Of a stretch of 63,473 nt of DNA, positions 37,278-45,786 are shown one piece after another. Below the pieces are notes generated by a model. The model was not told where the DNA came from, did not search any database, and was given only the letters and a program-made list of their open reading frames with translations. Origin of the DNA: Bdellovibrionales bacterium (GTDB lineage Bacteria > Bdellovibrionota_G > JALEGL01 > JAGRMV01); NCBI GenBank assembly GCA_020434365.1, contig JAGRAX010000002.1:1-63473 (forward strand). Direction: 5' to 3'. The number at the start of each line of letters is the position of its first letter. Within the stretch, counting starts at the first letter, position 1. The position numbers were made by a program, and so were the translations under genes.

Positions 37278-40200
37278 CTACGAGCTGGGCTTGAAAATCT
37301 GTATGGTTGATTCTTCTTCATTCGCACCAAACCATTTCCAACTGATTTCTTCTTCAACTTTCGAAAAGAATTCTTGTCTCGTAAATACTTTTCCAAACCA
37401 TGCAGAATCAATAAACAAGTCATTGTCAGGGTCGTACACCACAGTATGAGGAATTTCTGTTCCATCGCCTCCAATAAAAATTACAACTTTGATCTCCGTC
37501 TTAACGCCCTTCGAAGAGAAAAACGCTTGAAGACCCAAGGACTGTTCATGACATAAAGCTGCTTTTTCAATCAAGACTTCAGCAAAGTGTGGTTTGGATA
37601 AACCTGCTTCGACATTTAGTGAAGCAATTTCACGCCTCAAATGAGATCTGTGGTTTGTTAGACCGATGATATAATCACCCTCGGGTCTGGATCTTTGTCT
37701 TATAAAGTCTATGGCCTTCTGGTAAAAGCGCTGCTGGTAACCCTGAACCCTAATGGCAGGAATCGATATATGCGACATTTCATGAATAAACTGCTTTAGA
37801 TATGGCGAATACACATTATGATCATACCCAAAGAAATTATCAACAACACTTTGGTATCCCTGAACTTCTAGTTCGATGTTTGAAATGGGCCGTGAAAAAT
37901 TGTTAAGACTTCTAGCACCTTCATATGAAAACTCTTGAAGAGCTCCAGGGTGATTACTAAAATACCTTTGATACGACTGAATCGCGGTACTACTTTCGGA
38001 TGTAAAAAACTGGGTTTCTTCTGGCCCTACTCGAATATTTGTAACGTCCGACTGATGGAACTCAATATCTTCAAGACTATCATTGATAGGTTTGTAGATA
38101 GAGAATTCTGATTCATTATTGTAGTGAAGAAAATCTCTCCATCTTCTATTGTTTCTCCACGTTGCAAAATCTGTCACGACTCGAGAGTAGTTAGAATCTA
38201 TCATTAAGCCTGATGCCGGATGAAAAAAAATCGCATGAATTTCTCCCACACCCAGAGTTCCAAGCCGTACTTTTGATTCCAGCCCATATCTTGCCGCAGT
38301 AAAATGCAAGAATGTAGAAAGCTCCAAACATGCCGCATCTTTATGAGAAAGTACTTCCGCCCAGTGCGCGACGCCATCCAAAGAATCAGGATATCCCACA
38401 CCATTGAAACCATAATCAGCAGTCCCAATATTTGACCGTGGTGATTCATACTTTTGCGCAAAAGCCATCATTTTCTCAAAAAAATCTTTCAGCTTGTTTG
38501 GCTGATCCAACTCAGCCATCACTTTAGCTCTGCCTCCTATGTATTGATCAAACGCATTGGACAATCTGATAAGATCATCTCCCATAATACCTGCTCGATA
38601 ATTATCTGTAAGAGCTCTCATGGCCCCTCCCCTGGGATCATAAAACACCTCTTGGGAGATTCCACTTCGCTCTGCTCTACGTATTCTAATGGTATTGTGA
38701 TCAATACTTTCTTCAGCAACACCACCACGCAACTGATCAAACTCAGTTTTTCTAGAATCAATCAAGATCCCTTCCTCATCAAAATAGCTTTGATAACGTT
38801 CAATTTCATCCACAAATTGTTTTTTTTGATCGAGAGAAAAAGTTTTTCCATTGACATGATATTTTCCACCTCCGATCGAGAGGTCGTCAAAATACATCAA
38901 TATATTTTCCATGCGATCAATCTGAGCCTTCCATCCAGCGCCCCCATTTTGACTTCTTGCAAAAGCCACAAAATAATCCAAACCGTTCCATGGATGATTC
39001 ATTAAAAAATCTTGTGCCAAAATCCTATTCATATAACCCGATCTTATGATGTCTCCTGCGTTCCAACCAAAATTCATGTTACCCAACACACCTAGGTCCG
39101 CTAAGACCTTGATTTGAGTTTCAATCGAATCATTAGATATCGAAAGATTATTTCGCCTTGCATAGGATTTGCAATAATCAATGAACGTGTTGATGGCTTC
39201 TCTTTTTTCTCGACTTACAGAGTTTGACAAGCCAAAAGTTGTAGCAACATTGGAAGAAGCATCGTTGCCCGTCATATGAACATAATATGCAGCACCCATG
39301 AGCTCTCTTTCAGCTTGAGTTGACGGTGAACTTGAGAGGATACCCATCGTCTGCATAAAACCATCCCAAGCGCTTTGCTGTCCACTGAGTTCATCCAGGT
39401 TTGTAAAATAGCTAAGCACTTCACCATTGGGTTCCATGTTATATGAACGAGCGTTTTGAGATAAATTTCTGACACGATCATCTACAGCGCGCAAAGATCT
39501 AATTTTATATTCAAATGTATCCTTAATTCTAGATACGATCGAACTCTCCACCCCTCTGCGATTTAGAATAGATATCAAGTCATCAAAAGCTTTGGCGGCT
39601 TCTTCTTCTTTACCTTGATCTAAAAGAATTCTAACTTGACGTAGTTTTTCCAATCCTTCTGTCTCACGAGAAAGAACAACCAAGAATTCTGTGAATTCGA
39701 ATTTGGAATAGGATCTAAATACGCTATGTTTTCTCAAAGCAATAAACAATTCTCTTTCTTGAGCAATAAAACCCGAGAAATCATCTAAAGATGAATACAA
39801 ATTCTTCTCTCCCAGAACCAACATCGTTCTTGCATAAGCAGCTAGATCTATAATTGCAGCAAGCCCAGCAACAATAGCACCTATTTCCAATCGATCAATA
39901 TCATCGGCATAGCGAAGCATGAGATTGATATGATGATAAAATTCACGACTCGTAGCCTGAGTTCGATATTGATTCATAGAAATACCAGAGCCCGTCGAAT
40001 TGTTATGAAATGTTTCAGACTTCATTGTAGCCAAAGAAAAAAGAGTCGAGGCTTCATACAAAGACATCACAAAACCTATTTTGGAAATCGCTGACAAAGA
40101 AACACCGTAAAAAGCAACTCCAGGTGCCAAAACAGCTCCGATACCTGTAGCTACAGCTGCCCCCATGGTAGCATATCCAGCATATATAAACGCCTTCTCA

Positions 40201-42221
40201 ATATTTTTACTTCTCTCTTCCTCGGCCTCTCTTAGTTCTTCGATATGACTGACCAAGCTTCGAAGTACAATAGAATATGAAGAATTTTCCGAAAGCGCCG
40301 CCCCAATAGCAGAAGGATAATCTCCAACCAACTCAAAGCCACTTTCATAGTATTCTTTGTTGGATTCGGCCTTCATTTGCAAATAAGTTTCAAATTCAAA
40401 TTTTTCCTCTTTGATCTGTTCAACAAGTACATTTTTGTCGGTGGGGCTTGTATTAAAAAAAGATCTTGGAGCATATCGAGCATCCAGAAGAGGTTTATTG
40501 TCTCTAACATCTTGGGTAAAAAGTTTATACCCGAGCCAAAAAAGTTTCTTTGTTGGATATTTTGACCACTGAAGGGTGGAGAGTTTTCTGCATCTTTCTG
40601 GGGCATTTTCTTTAAATTCATCTTTGGCAATTTGAACCACTATATCCAATCGATTTTTATCGATGCTCAATCCCGCTCTCGACATAAAACTCGGGTTCAA
40701 ATATTTTCCGTTTTCTTTGGCTTTTCCTTCTGCAACTTCTTCGGCAGAGTAAATCTTTCCAAACCACTGATAAAACACTTTTGTATTGGTGATCAGGGCT
40801 ATACTAGGATGCCTAAAAATAACATGTAAGATTCTTTCGTATTCACTGGACCAATACTTTCGTAAAGTTGGATCATTGGCATAATATCGAAGATTTTTTT
40901 TCGTATGATCAAAGTCTGTCATTAAAAATCTAATGATCTTAAAATCAGTCTTTGCTTGTTCACCAAGAGAGCTTTGATCCACGGCATGAAAGACTCGATG
41001 TAAGTCCACAGCTTCAGAGCGAGTCGCTCCCTCACCCAAGAGTCGTTGAAGCTCTTCAACCCCTTTTTTATCTTTGCTCCAGCTATTTTGAATCTCTCTC
41101 AAATGTGACCGTGCTACTGAAATTCCCTGAAGAACTCTTTTGTTTCCTACATTCCAGGCATAATCAAAAGCGACTCCATCCACTTTTCTTTTCTTTAAAA
41201 AGGTTTGACTCACAATACAAGACTGAGGATCCACAGAACCTTCTCCATATCTTCCATTATAATAAACCATGGATTGAGCCATTTGAATTCTTGCAAGCTC
41301 TACTGCATTACCAAGAAGTAGTAGTGTTGAGAGATCAAATTTCTTTGAATCATTTGCTGTATTGTATTTTACATCAAGGGGTTGTGTACCAGGTGTCATT
41401 ACTGGAACAATTACATGCTCATCAGTTGCCTCGATCCATGACATAAAAACTTTCATAGATCGAACATCATCGAAATACTGCAGGCCAAAACTTTCGTAGC
41501 TATTGATACCTGCCCCTACAGATCTAATGATCTGCTTTAGATATTCACTCAGATCATCTGTTTTATAATAAACGTCATTGAGCATATAACTTGTAACAAA
41601 CGATTGTGCTCTCCGGATTTTTTGAGAAAGAACAAAAAAACCCTGATCCTTGCCGACTTTTTCTGCTGATGTAGAATTGTAATAAGACCATAAAAAGAGT
41701 GTTGCCTCGTGAATCACCTGAGCAATGTTTTGCACATTTGAATAGCGCAATTTACCGAAAGACAGGTAATCTAGTGCATCAATATACAACAACAGTTTTG
41801 CCTGCTGTTCCTTTGAGACTCCAGGTCCACCTTCATCGCTGGCCAATTGAAACATTTGATATCTTCGAGCTCGATTGAGCAAGAGATCATTGAGCCCAAG
41901 CAGAGCTTGCTGAGTCTGTTCAGGCCCTTTTCTTGCTTCAAGAAGACGGGCATCTTTTACCAATTGCTTGTGAATCGCAAAAGGGTTTGAACTGCTTAAA
42001 GCATAGGCATTGATAAGCTCACAACTGACCTCAGTCTTGCTTGCGGTACTCGCAGCTCCACTTTCAAAAGTAAGAAAAAGGGTTTTCTGGCTTTGTCTCG
42101 CACAAATCTTTAGATCTTCCTTCGACAATACTCCTTGACTCGCATAGGCAGACATCGAAAAGAGACAAACCAATAGCAGTGTTAACAATATGGTACTTCT
42201 TAGCGTAACTTGAGTGATCAA
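37278..42221 (-). CDS. giant secreted protein of unknown family with central hydrophobic hairpins and C-terminal tandem Cys-His-Asp modules plus HExxH
   Basis: 1,647-aa uninterrupted ORF. TTG start with a G-rich SD (ccggggggaatt TTG). Signal peptide MITQVTLRSTILLTLLLVCLFSMSAYA|SQG. Hydrophobic blocks at aa 677-733 and 779-804. Duplicated C/H/D modules around C1298 and C1557. HEMSH at aa 1480-1484. Confidence 0.8.
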   Translation of the reverse strand: MITQVTLRSTILLTLLLVCLFSMSAYASQGVLSKEDLKICARQSQKTLFLTFESGAASTASKTEVSCELINAYALSSSNPFAIHKQLVKDARLLEARKGPEQTQQALLGLNDLLLNRARRYQMFQLASDEGGPGVSKEQQAKLLLYIDALDYLSFGKLRYSNVQNIAQVIHEATLFLWSYYNSTSAEKVGKDQGFFVLSQKIRRAQSFVTSYMLNDVYYKTDDLSEYLKQIIRSVGAGINSYESFGLQYFDDVRSMKVFMSWIEATDEHVIVPVMTPGTQPLDVKYNTANDSKKFDLSTLLLLGNAVELARIQMAQSMVYYNGRYGEGSVDPQSCIVSQTFLKKRKVDGVAFDYAWNVGNKRVLQGISVARSHLREIQNSWSKDKKGVEELQRLLGEGATRSEAVDLHRVFHAVDQSSLGEQAKTDFKIIRFLMTDFDHTKKNLRYYANDPTLRKYWSSEYERILHVIFRHPSIALITNTKVFYQWFGKIYSAEEVAEGKAKENGKYLNPSFMSRAGLSIDKNRLDIVVQIAKDEFKENAPERCRKLSTLQWSKYPTKKLFWLGYKLFTQDVRDNKPLLDARYAPRSFFNTSPTDKNVLVEQIKEEKFEFETYLQMKAESNKEYYESGFELVGDYPSAIGAALSENSSYSIVLRSLVSHIEELREAEEERSKNIEKAFIYAGYATMGAAVATGIGAVLAPGVAFYGVSLSAISKIGFVMSLYEASTLFSLATMKSETFHNNSTGSGISMNQYRTQATSREFYHHINLMLRYADDIDRLEIGAIVAGLAAIIDLAAYARTMLVLGEKNLYSSLDDFSGFIAQERELFIALRKHSVFRSYSKFEFTEFLVVLSRETEGLEKLRQVRILLDQGKEEEAAKAFDDLISILNRRGVESSIVSRIKDTFEYKIRSLRAVDDRVRNLSQNARSYNMEPNGEVLSYFTNLDELSGQQSAWDGFMQTMGILSSSPSTQAERELMGAAYYVHMTGNDASSNVATTFGLSNSVSREKREAINTFIDYCKSYARRNNLSISNDSIETQIKVLADLGVLGNMNFGWNAGDIIRSGYMNRILAQDFLMNHPWNGLDYFVAFARSQNGGAGWKAQIDRMENILMYFDDLSIGGGKYHVNGKTFSLDQKKQFVDEIERYQSYFDEEGILIDSRKTEFDQLRGGVAEESIDHNTIRIRRAERSGISQEVFYDPRGGAMRALTDNYRAGIMGDDLIRLSNAFDQYIGGRAKVMAELDQPNKLKDFFEKMMAFAQKYESPRSNIGTADYGFNGVGYPDSLDGVAHWAEVLSHKDAACLELSTFLHFTAARYGLESKVRLGTLGVGEIHAIFFHPASGLMIDSNYSRVVTDFATWRNNRRWRDFLHYNNESEFSIYKPINDSLEDIEFHQSDVTNIRVGPEETQFFTSESSTAIQSYQRYFSNHPGALQEFSYEGARSLNNFSRPISNIELEVQGYQSVVDNFFGYDHNVYSPYLKQFIHEMSHISIPAIRVQGYQQRFYQKAIDFIRQRSRPEGDYIIGLTNHRSHLRREIASLNVEAGLSKPHFAEVLIEKAALCHEQSLGLQAFFSSKGVKTEIKVVIFIGGDGTEIPHTVVYDPDNDLFIDSAWFGKVFTRQEFFSKVEEEISWKWFGANEEESTIQIFKPSS

Positions 42222-42541
42222 AATTCCCCCCGGAATAAATACTGCGTCGCAGTGTACAACAATTTCTTTACAAAATCAACATCCACCCCTGAAGGTAAAG
42301 CAATTTTTGTTCCAAAAAAATATGTAAAAAAAAACATGTAGTTACATTTTGGATGTGCTTATATTTTGCTCAATTAAAAAGCTGTGAATATGGATTCGTG
42401 ACCTGAAGGTCTAGAGGGTATCACCATTCATTGTAGATGTTAACATTGATATCCGAAAACATGCCAAATTAAGCCCCAAAAATGCGACGTAATCACCCCA
42501 AACAGAAGGCTCAAAGCCCTCAAAACCCCTCAAATTGGGGA

Positions 42542-42571
42542 TTGACAGTTGGAATGCTTTTTGCTTATAAT
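42542..42571 (+). promoter_or_regulatory. near-consensus sigma70-type promoter for the 42614 gene
   Basis: TTGACA (42542..42547), an 18-nt spacer, then TATAAT (42566..42571). It lies ~43 nt upstream of the ATG, and GGAGGG sits at 42601. Confidence 0.5.
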
Positions 42572-42613
42572 GACGCAGTTGTAACACTTAGAATTTCCGA
42601 GGAGGGAAATGTC

Positions 42614-43237
42614 ATGAAAAAATTTTTAGCATTATCAACAATTGGAGTTTTAGCTGCTTTGATATCTACGCAAAGTGGATTTGCTCAGGAAGATCTCGGC
42701 AAATATAAAGTTTTGGAGATCATGGTTGTAGATGGAGATAACCCAGGAGAAGTCATAGAAGACGCTGGTATAAGGCTACGATCCACCTTCACTCAAGAAA
42801 CAGAAACAGGAGAAGACGGTGTTGCTTCTTTGGTGGTACCTGTTGGAGTCCAAGGAAAATTAAGTATATCAGCTATTGGGTACCAAGCAAGAGAGATTAA
42901 AGTCCGTGACATTACAAACATCGGCAAAAAGATAGCTGTTGTATATCTGTATTCAAACGGTGGAGATAGAGTTGAAACCTATGATTTTAAGTTTAGAGTA
43001 GTCAATTTAAATGTCTCAGATAGTCCTTTAAAAGGTGCTATGGCTTTGTTTATTGGAACGTCTACAGGAGATTTTACGGATGAGAACGGCTTGGTAAGTG
43101 TGGCTCTGTCTTCAAAAGAAGCAAAAGGCAAAAGCATCAAAATTGCTTTGGAAGGTTATGAAACCGCTTCCTTTAAGCTTACACCATCCATGAGAAACGG
43201 TGTGACAGATGTATATTTGACACCTGTATCTAAATAA
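42614..43237 (+). CDS. small secreted protein with two carboxypeptidase-regulatory-like beta-sandwich repeats
   Basis: Start moved to the ATG at 42614 (MKKFLALSTIGVLAALISTQSGFAQ) with GGAGGG 7 nt upstream. Two similar units are present: GEDGVASLVVPVGVQGKLSISAIGYQAREIKV and DENGLVSVALSSKEAKGKSIKIALEGYETASFKL. Confidence 0.6.
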   Translation: MKKFLALSTIGVLAALISTQSGFAQEDLGKYKVLEIMVVDGDNPGEVIEDAGIRLRSTFTQETETGEDGVASLVVPVGVQGKLSISAIGYQAREIKVRDITNIGKKIAVVYLYSNGGDRVETYDFKFRVVNLNVSDSPLKGAMALFIGTSTGDFTDENGLVSVALSSKEAKGKSIKIALEGYETASFKLTPSMRNGVTDVYLTPVSK

Positions 43238-43280
43238 ACCAATTGGGTCCAAATTAAAAATACTTTTGGATCTAAAATTA

Positions 43281-43328
43281 AAAGCCGACATGTAACTTTG
43301 CCAGTTCAAGTCGGCTTTTGCATTTTTT
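43281..43328. terminator. rho-independent (bidirectional) terminator
   Basis: aaagccgac (43281..43289) pairs with gtcggcttt (43310..43318), followed by ttgcatttttt. It lies between convergent genes. Confidence 0.6.
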
Positions 43329-43385
43329 GTTTCGTTCGTTGGAAATACTAGGTTTGTTTTTTAAGTAATTTTAAGCTCAATTCGC

Positions 43386-43754
43386 CTAGCGGCAGCGAAA
43401 AGACACGAGCGTTGTGTATTGAGAGTCTTCGGTTGCGATGGCGCTGGCGTTTTCGGCGTCGCCTACGCCGAAGATTGTACCGATTTGGCCTACTTTTCTT
43501 ACGGTTTTGGCGGCCTCTTCTGTAAGACTGCCGGAGTATGTTGTTTCTGAATTCAGGAGCATATAGGCTTTGTTTTGGCGCGCGCAGTGTTTGGCGGCGA
43601 GCGCCTCTGATTTTTGTTTGGAGGCTTGCTCATCGCTGTGCACATATTGCAATCGATAGCTTCCATCTTCTTGCAAAGACACAGGATACTTTTTTCCCGC
43701 ACAGGAAACAGCACATAAGAACACGAGCGTATACAATCCAAATCTTTTGATCAT
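43386..43754 (-). CDS. hypothetical lipoprotein
   Basis: From the internal ATG at 43754 the N-terminus reads MIKRFGLYTLVFLCAVSCAGKK (lipobox AVS|C). The ORF track starts 9 codons upstream at 43781. No family recognised. Confidence 0.55.
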   Translation of the reverse strand: MIKRFGLYTLVFLCAVSCAGKKYPVSLQEDGSYRLQYVHSDEQASKQKSEALAAKHCARQNKAYMLLNSETTYSGSLTEEAAKTVRKVGQIGTIFGVGDAENASAIATEDSQYTTLVSFRCR

Positions 43755-43807
43755 GTATGTATTTTTATATGGATCTGTCATGTATGAAAAGCTTTCTTAC
43801 CATAAAA

Positions 43808-45022
43808 CTACGCCAAGATTTCTTCCTGAATGCAGCGGTACTGCGCTCCGTCCCATAAAAATTCTGCCGGACGAGAGCGTAAATTGTAATGACTGCTCAT
43901 GGAATATCCATAGGCCCCCACATGCATCATCGCCAATATGTCTCCCTGCATGCATACTGTAAATGTAATATTTTTGGCAAAGGTATCTGTGCTTTCACAT
44001 ACGGGTCCCACCAAATCCATAGTTTCATGGTTTTTGCTTTCACCTAGATATTCCAAATGAACAGGGGCTTCATACAACGCGGGTCTCATATAATCATTCA
44101 TCCCTGCATCCACAATCACAAAGGTTTTGTGCGAGGTTTGTTTGCGATACAGAACTTGCGTCAGTAGGATTCCTGCATTGCCAAAAATAGAGCGGCCCGG
44201 TTCTACAAAGATTTTTATATTTTTTCCATGACTTTCATCTACAATTTTTTTCATATGCATTTCAATTGCATGAATGTGCTCTTCAATGCTTTGCTCTCTA
44301 AGACCGATGCCTCCGCCGACATTCAAAAACTCCACTATCATAGATTGTTTGCGCAGTTGATCGATCAGTGTAAAAGCTTGGTCAAGAGCTTGATCATAAG
44401 GATCCTGCGTAAAAATCTGAGATCCCAAATGAAAGTGAATCCCCACTGCTTGAATCCATGGATCCTGATGAGATCTCTTATAGAGATCTTCCACTTGAAG
44501 ATGATCCATCCCAAATTTATTCTCAAACATTCCGGTTGAAATTTTTGGATGCGTGTTCGCATCTACGTTGGGATTTAAACGAAAGCTCAAGCGAACTCTT
44601 TTTTGTTTTTCTTTGCAAAGGTTTTGGATGAGCTCAAACTCTGCTTGGCTCTCTACATTGATCGCTGCAAGACCCGCATCGATGGCGCGCTCCAACTCTG
44701 AGCGCCTTTTGCCCACGCCAGAAAACACAATTTTTTGTCCTGGAACGCCACAATCTAGTGCACGCTGAGCCTCTGCCCAGGATACCACATCCACACCAGC
44801 TCCATGAGCTGCCAGAATTTTCAAAAGTTCGGGATTTGAATTTGCCTTGATTGCCACGCAAACTCTACCTTGATTTTCAGAAAGGTGTTTTTGATAGGCC
44901 AAAAAATTATGTTCTACAATAGACTTGGCGTAGATGTACGCAGGTGTTTCATGCTGCCGCGCAAATTCTTTGAGCTTTTCTTTGCCTCCAAAAAAAGAAA
45001 GCAGATCTTTTATTTTTTCCAC
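43808..45022 (-). CDS. lysA: diaminopimelate decarboxylase
   Basis: PLP-Lys context VCVAIKANSNPELLKILAAHGAG, plus GGGIG, EPGRSIFGNAG and CESTD. The longest ORF (to 45115) would overlap the upstream crotonase by 106 nt. I therefore place the start at the GTG at 45022 (VEKIKDLLSFF...), which leaves a 13-nt overlap. The start is uncertain. Confidence 0.8.
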   Translation of the reverse strand: MEKIKDLLSFFGGKEKLKEFARQHETPAYIYAKSIVEHNFLAYQKHLSENQGRVCVAIKANSNPELLKILAAHGAGVDVVSWAEAQRALDCGVPGQKIVFSGVGKRRSELERAIDAGLAAINVESQAEFELIQNLCKEKQKRVRLSFRLNPNVDANTHPKISTGMFENKFGMDHLQVEDLYKRSHQDPWIQAVGIHFHLGSQIFTQDPYDQALDQAFTLIDQLRKQSMIVEFLNVGGGIGLREQSIEEHIHAIEMHMKKIVDESHGKNIKIFVEPGRSIFGNAGILLTQVLYRKQTSHKTFVIVDAGMNDYMRPALYEAPVHLEYLGESKNHETMDLVGPVCESTDTFAKNITFTVCMQGDILAMMHVGAYGYSMSSHYNLRSRPAEFLWDGAQYRCIQEEILA

Positions 45023-45786
45023 GTGGCAGGTCTTTTTTCTAGAAAGGCTTTCATTCCTTCGGCCTGATCGGGATGCGCAAAACACAGCGCAAAATTTTGC
45101 TGCTCTATTGCGCAAGCTGTGCGCAAGTCAAGGCCCTGACCCTGGGTCATGGATTTTTTGATGCCTTCAATGGCAACTCTGCTTTTTGAGGAGATCGAGT
45201 TTGCAATCGACTCAACTTTTTCAATGAGCTCAGCGGCTGGAAAAACATCGTTGCACAAACCCAAAGTCAAAGCCTGTTGAGCATCAATCATCTCTCCAGT
45301 CAAACACAGCTCCAAGGCTTTGGCTTGACCGATTCTACGAGGAAGTCTCTGCGTCCCTCCAAAACCTGGGATCACGCCCAAAGCAATTTCAGGCTGACCG
45401 AACTTGGCCTTTTCACTGGCGTAGATGAGATCACAAGCCATAGCGAGCTCACAGCCCCCTCCCAAAGCAAAACCTTGAACCATCGCAATAAAAATTTTTC
45501 CACTTGCCTGCATCATGTTGGCAATGCGATGTCCAAGCGCAGAAAAATTGCTGGCTTCCAGAGGCGTAAAATTTTGCATCGTCGAAATGTCTGCACCTGC
45601 AACAAAAGCCTTTTCTCCAGCGCCTGTAATCACAGCCACCTCGAGCTCAGTGGAATGAACCACCTCGCTGATGTGTTTTCTCAAACCCAAAAGTACGTCC
45701 TTATTGATGGCGTTGAGCGCCTCGGGTCGATTGATTGTGATCCAGGCTACGCGGCCTTTGATCTCCATCTGTACGCATTCGCTCAT
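45010..45786 (-). CDS. enoyl-CoA hydratase (crotonase family)
   Basis: 258 aa. ITGAGEKAFVAGADI, GGGCELAMACD and the C-terminal EGMKAFLEKR. Confidence 0.9.
   Translation of the reverse strand: MSECVQMEIKGRVAWITINRPEALNAINKDVLLGLRKHISEVVHSTELEVAVITGAGEKAFVAGADISTMQNFTPLEASNFSALGHRIANMMQASGKIFIAMVQGFALGGGCELAMACDLIYASEKAKFGQPEIALGVIPGFGGTQRLPRRIGQAKALELCLTGEMIDAQQALTLGLCNDVFPAAELIEKVESIANSISSKSRVAIEGIKKSMTQGQGLDLRTACAIEQQNFALCFAHPDQAEGMKAFLEKRPATWKK

Noticed and set aside
38454-39005. 183-aa ORF antisense to the giant gene, together with a 164-aa antisense ORF at 40952..41446.
   Set aside because: Both are embedded in a 4.9-kb uninterrupted ORF that has a signal peptide and internally consistent repeats. 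The antisense products have no motifs or start signals.
37278-42221. Lower G+C of the giant gene as evidence of horizontal acquisition.
   Set aside because: My two 100-nt hand counts (39 against 55 G+C) contrast it only with the GC-richer metabolic operon next door. Other clearly native-looking genes in the window, such as the oligosaccharyltransferase and the kinases, look similarly AT-rich. No mobility genes, tRNA or direct repeats flank it. A proper sliding-window GC and codon-usage analysis is needed.
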